Positions 60,101 to 64,000 of a DNA stretch of 64,000 bases are shown in pieces. A program made the position numbers and the translations under genes. This DNA is from a virus. Taxonomy: Duplodnaviria > Caudoviricetes. A model generated the notes under the pieces. The model saw only the letters and a program-made list of their open reading frames with translations, made no database searches and was not told the DNA's origin. Location of the stretch: IMG/VR virus record IMGVR_UViG_3300032319_000936, positions 96,001 through 160,000 of that record, one strand, 5' to 3'. Numbering within the stretch: position 1 is the stretch's first letter; every line of letters starts with the position of its first letter.

Positions 60101-60743
60101 CGCCAAAAGATCCAGTATATCTGAGTTTTCTCAGGGGTAATTGCTCTAGACTCTCATCTGTGAAGTATTGAATCCCTGCAGCAGTTAATTCAGTTACGAA
60201 GGTATCATAAGAAACGTCATTTCTGCCCTTTAAAGAATTATCAAAGAAATCCTTTTGAGCCTGAGTTGTTGTGTTAGCAATAATTCTTTTGATAAGTATC
60301 CTATCAGCATTCTCAGAAATCTTTCCTGTTACATCTATACTCACATATAAAAGAGGACTTAGAAAGCTTTCAAAAAACCAATTGTCCTTAGTTTGAAATG
60401 TTCCAGGTACAGGAAGATTTTTCATTGGCGCAGGGTTCTTTAAAGGCTCTGCTTTGAAGACCTGTGAATATGTTCCGTCGGGATTTCTAACAGTTGATCC
60501 ATTTGATATCCCAGCTAAAGACTTAATATTATTATCGATTCTTTCGATTTGAGCTCTCATGTATCCGTATGACGGAATGCTAGCTGTTGTGGGATTCCCG
60601 TTGTCATCTAATACCTCGATAGAAACAGTTTCATTTGTAGACGTCGCTACCTCATTTAGACCATTAATAATTTCTAAGGCGTTCTTTTGAAGCCTTAGAA
60701 ACTGAGCCACTAAAGAACTTATCGAATTTTGGGTACCTGCCAT
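57180..60743 (-). CDS. Large virion structural protein, 1187 aa, with internal coiled coils
   Basis: Long ORF in the structural operon. Confidence 0.7.
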   Translation of the reverse strand: MAGTQNSISSLVAQFLRLQKNALEIINGLNEVATSTNETVSIEVLDDNGNPTTASIPSYGYMRAQIERIDNNIKSLAGISNGSTVRNPDGTYSQVFKAEPLKNPAPMKNLPVPGTFQTKDNWFFESFLSPLLYVSIDVTGKISENADRILIKRIIANTTTQAQKDFFDNSLKGRNDVSYDTFVTELTAAGIQYFTDESLEQLPLRKLRYTGSFGVTSFYDSVASTTSQNGQLVQTTVRNYKLASLKYTDTTTGVKNSKTLNNGDRLATADGTIYLITSVNVDESSVQLQRVSGYQQVFLGADTLSYFSNDLGDRFVDVNIGNDERQGVFFKTIDDNFNIVSSEWSTGITFWSSELTTLDSAGNLVSLEQFYLTQVADIGKVFLDMAKEKTVPAIQGLTPNVPTVAGTNFKVVQINKQVTDSVSSKTATDKVAAKSSLKTELVALDASINQTMVQLNQAKSLGATKSSSGAISTIQAKLDSLINEKSKKSQLYSSIVKDIQTTTSDLSQIDTQPKYRVRGFWAIPDPVFDPLTGSQQVIAFKVRYRYLSDSGATQPTEQIKFVDNNGQQKTGAFSNWVEYTTPIRKKVYDENKGVYVWAPENVDNADAQNINQIDIPIQKGEKVEIQIASVSEAGWPNNPHVSIYSDPVSISFPSDLAVNGITDLLKKNSEDSAVVTVQESLTAQGLPQHLSEQFTENTATYFHQGSSIASGFFNSAGGTISIFDKLAELQQQIATLQSLVSVTVGVLEVYLLDGVSSLQVSAGQVISLNAGYYNDLFDLTVTANIGKIYTKTYLISLTNSQATPVELQSIVPGGFTTQAPISTYPQIDGYGTNLRYGAVPLSVTTYASSDVVSNTNIYQAAPFACAQTYGQYAYSRYKNIGLDQDLYLTSSQIPTFNPLYDYSGSTPSTSFFGVTGGIMPLNGSCLIPYDPQNTPATVSGGTAAGIWSGLWSGSTPQGGGYVSEFCISTTHPSLNTGATGDYVTYVKPNFDNTVTGSILYPAFRHALGFYADTALPGYYTQTQYRTPTAAAGATAASVDIYDSQWQDRVGFNANDQYLIGKYSCGAYLFLGIPQTTYLAVDGFTSQASKRIYQGQNNSVNIPVIFQFRAQDVGGYIGGYRKAGTLSNVTYTKKIGIDLQQRAISVFSFDIEVTGAYRNQTLIAPNFGSQVTPPANSTVNIINNVLSV

Positions 60744-60748
60744 TTTGA

Positions 60749-62950
60749 TTAGATATTATTATTTGTTAAACTTTTTCCTATAGCATCAACCTGAAATATC
60801 AAGTTATTCTGATCGATACATACGATTTCCAGAACTGGCATATAATCATAACCGGAGAAGAAATCGGAATCTAATGAAATAATCAGTGTTGAATAAGGGG
60901 TTCCTGTTGGATTTGAAACTGGATATTCACCTGTTGCATTAGTCAGGATATTAACAAAGAATGCAGAAGGATAGATTCTATCACCAAAGGTTATCCTGCA
61001 TCTTTGCCCAGTCTTCCATCTAACGGTAGTATCCTGCAATCTGATGTTTAGATCCTGTGTTAAAGTTATCGGTATTCCGTTATTTACATGTTTGAAGTAG
61101 TTAGAAAACTCAACTAACGGTATTATATTAGAACCAGTTTGTGTCAGAGTACCAACACCGTAATTTGATCCTATATTAAAATCTTGATTCGAGTTGTTTA
61201 TATAAAGCTCATTTGGTATTGTCCTATCGACATTAATACCCATTCCCTGTTTTACTAAATCAAGATCATATGAAACAGTTATAGAGGATTGCCCATTTAT
61301 AATGGATCTCATAATATCATAGTTTTGATCTATGAGCTGCATGACTGCGTTCGTGTTCGTAAATAACGATTGATTAGCAGCATATGAAGCTTCAAGCTGT
61401 AATATTCTAGCTTCAAGAGTAGCTGTGGTTGTGCTAGATAGAAGCAAATCCTCCATAGCAGTAACTCTCTGTTCTAAGAAGATAAACTGTGAAGCAGTGT
61501 CATTGATAGTACCAGAAGCATCTTGCAATACATTCATAGCATCCATAAACATAGACAGCGAGAATGACGAATAGTCATTTATAGCCTGCTCTACACCAGT
61601 CTGATCCACATCGGTATCAAACTTAAGATTGATTTTAAATCCGTAAGAGTTACCATTTAGTTTAGTAACTGGGTTTGGTCTATATTTACTAAATCTAGGT
61701 ATGAAGGAATCACCAGATGCTGAATTAACATCATCTAGAAAAAGAACACCATATAAGTTAGTTGCAACGTCAGCTTCATTAGCAGGATCGTACACATCGT
61801 AGTAAATAAGAACGGCATTAAAATCAAAGTCGTTAGCATCAGAAGTAGAGTTAAATTCCTCTAGCGTAGAGATATTAGGGTTATCAATAATCTGCTTATA
61901 TGAATTTGGATCAAAATCTAATCCTATCGAATCGAGGTTTGATCTAACGAATTCCCAATTTGTTATCGATCCATAAGTCTTGCTTAGGACCTTGTTATAT
62001 GGGTTAACAAAAGAATCATCAGAAAAATAACTGTTTGGTGTATCTAGAGGTGCATACCAGTTCCCAGTGTAAGTAGATCCATCGAAGGTATCACTATAAG
62101 AAACAGTTGGTACACCTGAAGCTTCCTCGTCAAAGATAGCTAAAGTGCTTAACCCCGAGGGATTTACATCCAAATAAGATCTTCCCGTTAGATATTCGGC
62201 ATCTAAAGGGTCTGAAGGATTATTAGTCCAGGTAAAATCTGGGTAGTAATTAGTATCAACAACGTTCTTAAATAAAACAGTAGGAGTGCTACCGTCAGAG
62301 GTTGGCACATATACATAAACCTCAGAATAAGCATTATCTTGATTTCTAACAGAGTTAACAATATCAAGACCACCAATATACTGAACCACTTTGCTATAAG
62401 GACCAGTTAATCCATAACCACCGGTTTGCCCAGTGGGCTCATCACCCTCAACATATCTTTTCTGTGTTACAGGCAATCCATTGGAATCGAACGTAACGCT
62501 ATTTTGGTCCAAAGACGGTGACACTTGTTCGGAAGAAGCCGCTTTAAATCTCAAAGCACCAATCTCTCTCATCCATTTCCAGAAAACTCTCTCAGAGACA
62601 TTCTGTTTTAGAGATGGATCATATCCATCGCTGCTGGTTATAGTTGTTTCTAAATTTAAACAGTACGATTGAAAGCTTTGAGAGAATGCAATGTTAGCAT
62701 CACTAGGTACGAGATTATATGTAGCAGTACTCCAATCTATAAATGCACTATCCGGAGCGTTTAATTTAACCGTATTATCCTGAGAAGCAGTGGTGCTAAT
62801 ATCAGGAATATTCAATAGTGCAAATTTGGAAAACCTGAATTTATTGACCGAATTATTAAATGTAAAAGCAAGGTCCTCTGCCGCTGAACTAAATGTATAA
62901 AAAGTTCCGCCCTGAACTTGCAGGGGTCTAATAAAAGGGGTTTTTGCCAT
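60749..62950 (-). CDS. Virion structural protein, 733 aa
   Basis: Long ORF in the structural operon, with a coiled coil LEQRVTAMED...LEARILQLE. Confidence 0.7.
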   Translation of the reverse strand: MAKTPFIRPLQVQGGTFYTFSSAAEDLAFTFNNSVNKFRFSKFALLNIPDISTTASQDNTVKLNAPDSAFIDWSTATYNLVPSDANIAFSQSFQSYCLNLETTITSSDGYDPSLKQNVSERVFWKWMREIGALRFKAASSEQVSPSLDQNSVTFDSNGLPVTQKRYVEGDEPTGQTGGYGLTGPYSKVVQYIGGLDIVNSVRNQDNAYSEVYVYVPTSDGSTPTVLFKNVVDTNYYPDFTWTNNPSDPLDAEYLTGRSYLDVNPSGLSTLAIFDEEASGVPTVSYSDTFDGSTYTGNWYAPLDTPNSYFSDDSFVNPYNKVLSKTYGSITNWEFVRSNLDSIGLDFDPNSYKQIIDNPNISTLEEFNSTSDANDFDFNAVLIYYDVYDPANEADVATNLYGVLFLDDVNSASGDSFIPRFSKYRPNPVTKLNGNSYGFKINLKFDTDVDQTGVEQAINDYSSFSLSMFMDAMNVLQDASGTINDTASQFIFLEQRVTAMEDLLLSSTTTATLEARILQLEASYAANQSLFTNTNAVMQLIDQNYDIMRSIINGQSSITVSYDLDLVKQGMGINVDRTIPNELYINNSNQDFNIGSNYGVGTLTQTGSNIIPLVEFSNYFKHVNNGIPITLTQDLNIRLQDTTVRWKTGQRCRITFGDRIYPSAFFVNILTNATGEYPVSNPTGTPYSTLIISLDSDFFSGYDYMPVLEIVCIDQNNLIFQVDAIGKSLTNNNI

Positions 62951-62971
62951 CTTCTTCTATCCTTTGTTTTT

Positions 62972-63895
62972 TTAGCTAGCTGTAACGTTCTGGCCACCTA
63001 ATATAATCCATGAACCTCTTTGCTGTGTTTGGCTGCTTGCAATTCTAGATTCCCACTGTAGGGTGACTGAGCTTCTATATGGCGTATTAGCTGCGAAAGT
63101 GATACCTGTATATGAGCCATACGTATTGTCAGTATTAAACCCGGTATAGTAGGTTTGTGTTACCCCAGTAACTCCAGTTGCAATAAAAGGAGTTGTTGCT
63201 CTTGCAGTGTTAACGATAGTAACCCTATATCCAGAAGGCAAACTAGAGGCTGTACCTCCGCTTCCGCCAACCACTTGCATGTAAAATCCGGTTGGACCAC
63301 AGTTTGCATAGATAACATCTTCAGTTCCAGTGAGGACATAAGGATTGTTAACATTAGTAGATATACCACCGCCACCTACACCAGATGTACTAACAGGAAA
63401 TGCAGAAGTTAATCCAGGTGCTCCACCAGCTAATGATCCATTAGTGCTCCAGTTGTTTGCGTGAACCTCATTGGAATAAGCCCCGTAAGTAGATCTTCCA
63501 GTATAACCAACGTTACCAGCAAAGCTAGCTGTTACACCAGCTGCTTGGGTTAGATTACCAGCTATCCCTAATGCCCCACTAAATGTGGATGCTCCAGATA
63601 CTGCTAGTGTCTGTGTTGACGTTGAAACGAAAGAAGCAGCACCGTTACTTGCTATTGATGATAGTGCAGTACCTGACGCAGGAGTGGAGAAAGTGTTTGC
63701 TCTAATAGTCAAAGCAGAAACTCTACCCGTTGAAGCTCCGGTCAAATCCATTACACCCGTAGAGGTGTCTATTCCAAATACATTTTCGAATCCATTTATC
63801 CAATTCTGAAGAATTAGAAAGTTGGAATTTATAGTAATTCTGGATCCTGATATCGAATCGGAACCTAAAATTTCAGTAATACTTACAGATGCCAT
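62972..63895 (-). CDS. G/S/T-rich fibre-like structural protein
   Basis: N-terminal ILGSDSISGSRITINSNF resembles the fibre-paralog anchor; GATATATA at 63928-63935. Confidence 0.65.
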   Translation of the reverse strand: MASVSITEILGSDSISGSRITINSNFLILQNWINGFENVFGIDTSTGVMDLTGASTGRVSALTIRANTFSTPASGTALSSIASNGAASFVSTSTQTLAVSGASTFSGALGIAGNLTQAAGVTASFAGNVGYTGRSTYGAYSNEVHANNWSTNGSLAGGAPGLTSAFPVSTSGVGGGGISTNVNNPYVLTGTEDVIYANCGPTGFYMQVVGGSGGTASSLPSGYRVTIVNTARATTPFIATGVTGVTQTYYTGFNTDNTYGSYTGITFAANTPYRSSVTLQWESRIASSQTQQRGSWIILGGQNVTAS

Positions 63896-64000
63896 TTTTT
63901 ATTATTTTTTTATCCTTTTTTCAGGTTTATATATCGAAGAGAAATTATATCAATAAACACTAATCTCTAAAGTCACCATAAACTCTAAGGATCGGTTCCA

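Overview
This window is a fragment of a large, AT-rich, T4-like (jumbo) myophage genome with nearly all genes on the minus strand. The host is probably a Bacteroidota species, judged from Hc1-like and DUF4494-like genes, TAnnTTTG promoters and A-rich leaders without obvious Shine-Dalgarno sites. Positions 1-42 kb hold replication, repair, nucleotide-metabolism and chaperone genes: type II topoisomerase subunits, DnaJ, DnaK, UvsE, two glycosyltransferases, M28 peptidase, adenylate kinase, NrdA/NrdB, dUTPase, an N-terminal-half PolB, an MBD4-like glycosylase, UvsW, UvsY, primase, gp32 SSB and a RuvC-like resolvase. Positions 42-64 kb hold tail/baseplate structural genes. The most striking signal is a set of essential genes in pieces. 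(1) nrdA is fractured into three genes joined by two naturally split inteins; one has a free-standing endonuclease between its halves and a non-nucleophilic Gly at the +1 position. (2) The topoisomerase B subunit is fractured by a third split intein whose N-half carries a duplicated Hint segment. (3) dnaK is interrupted by a 413-nt group I intron that holds an internal mimic of its own insertion site. (4) PolB stops in the fingers domain. Many small proteins and several enzymes also carry T4-type capsid-targeting-like peptides and sit behind a shared GATA(T/A)ATA late-promoter-like motif. All family assignments come from motif recognition, not database searches.
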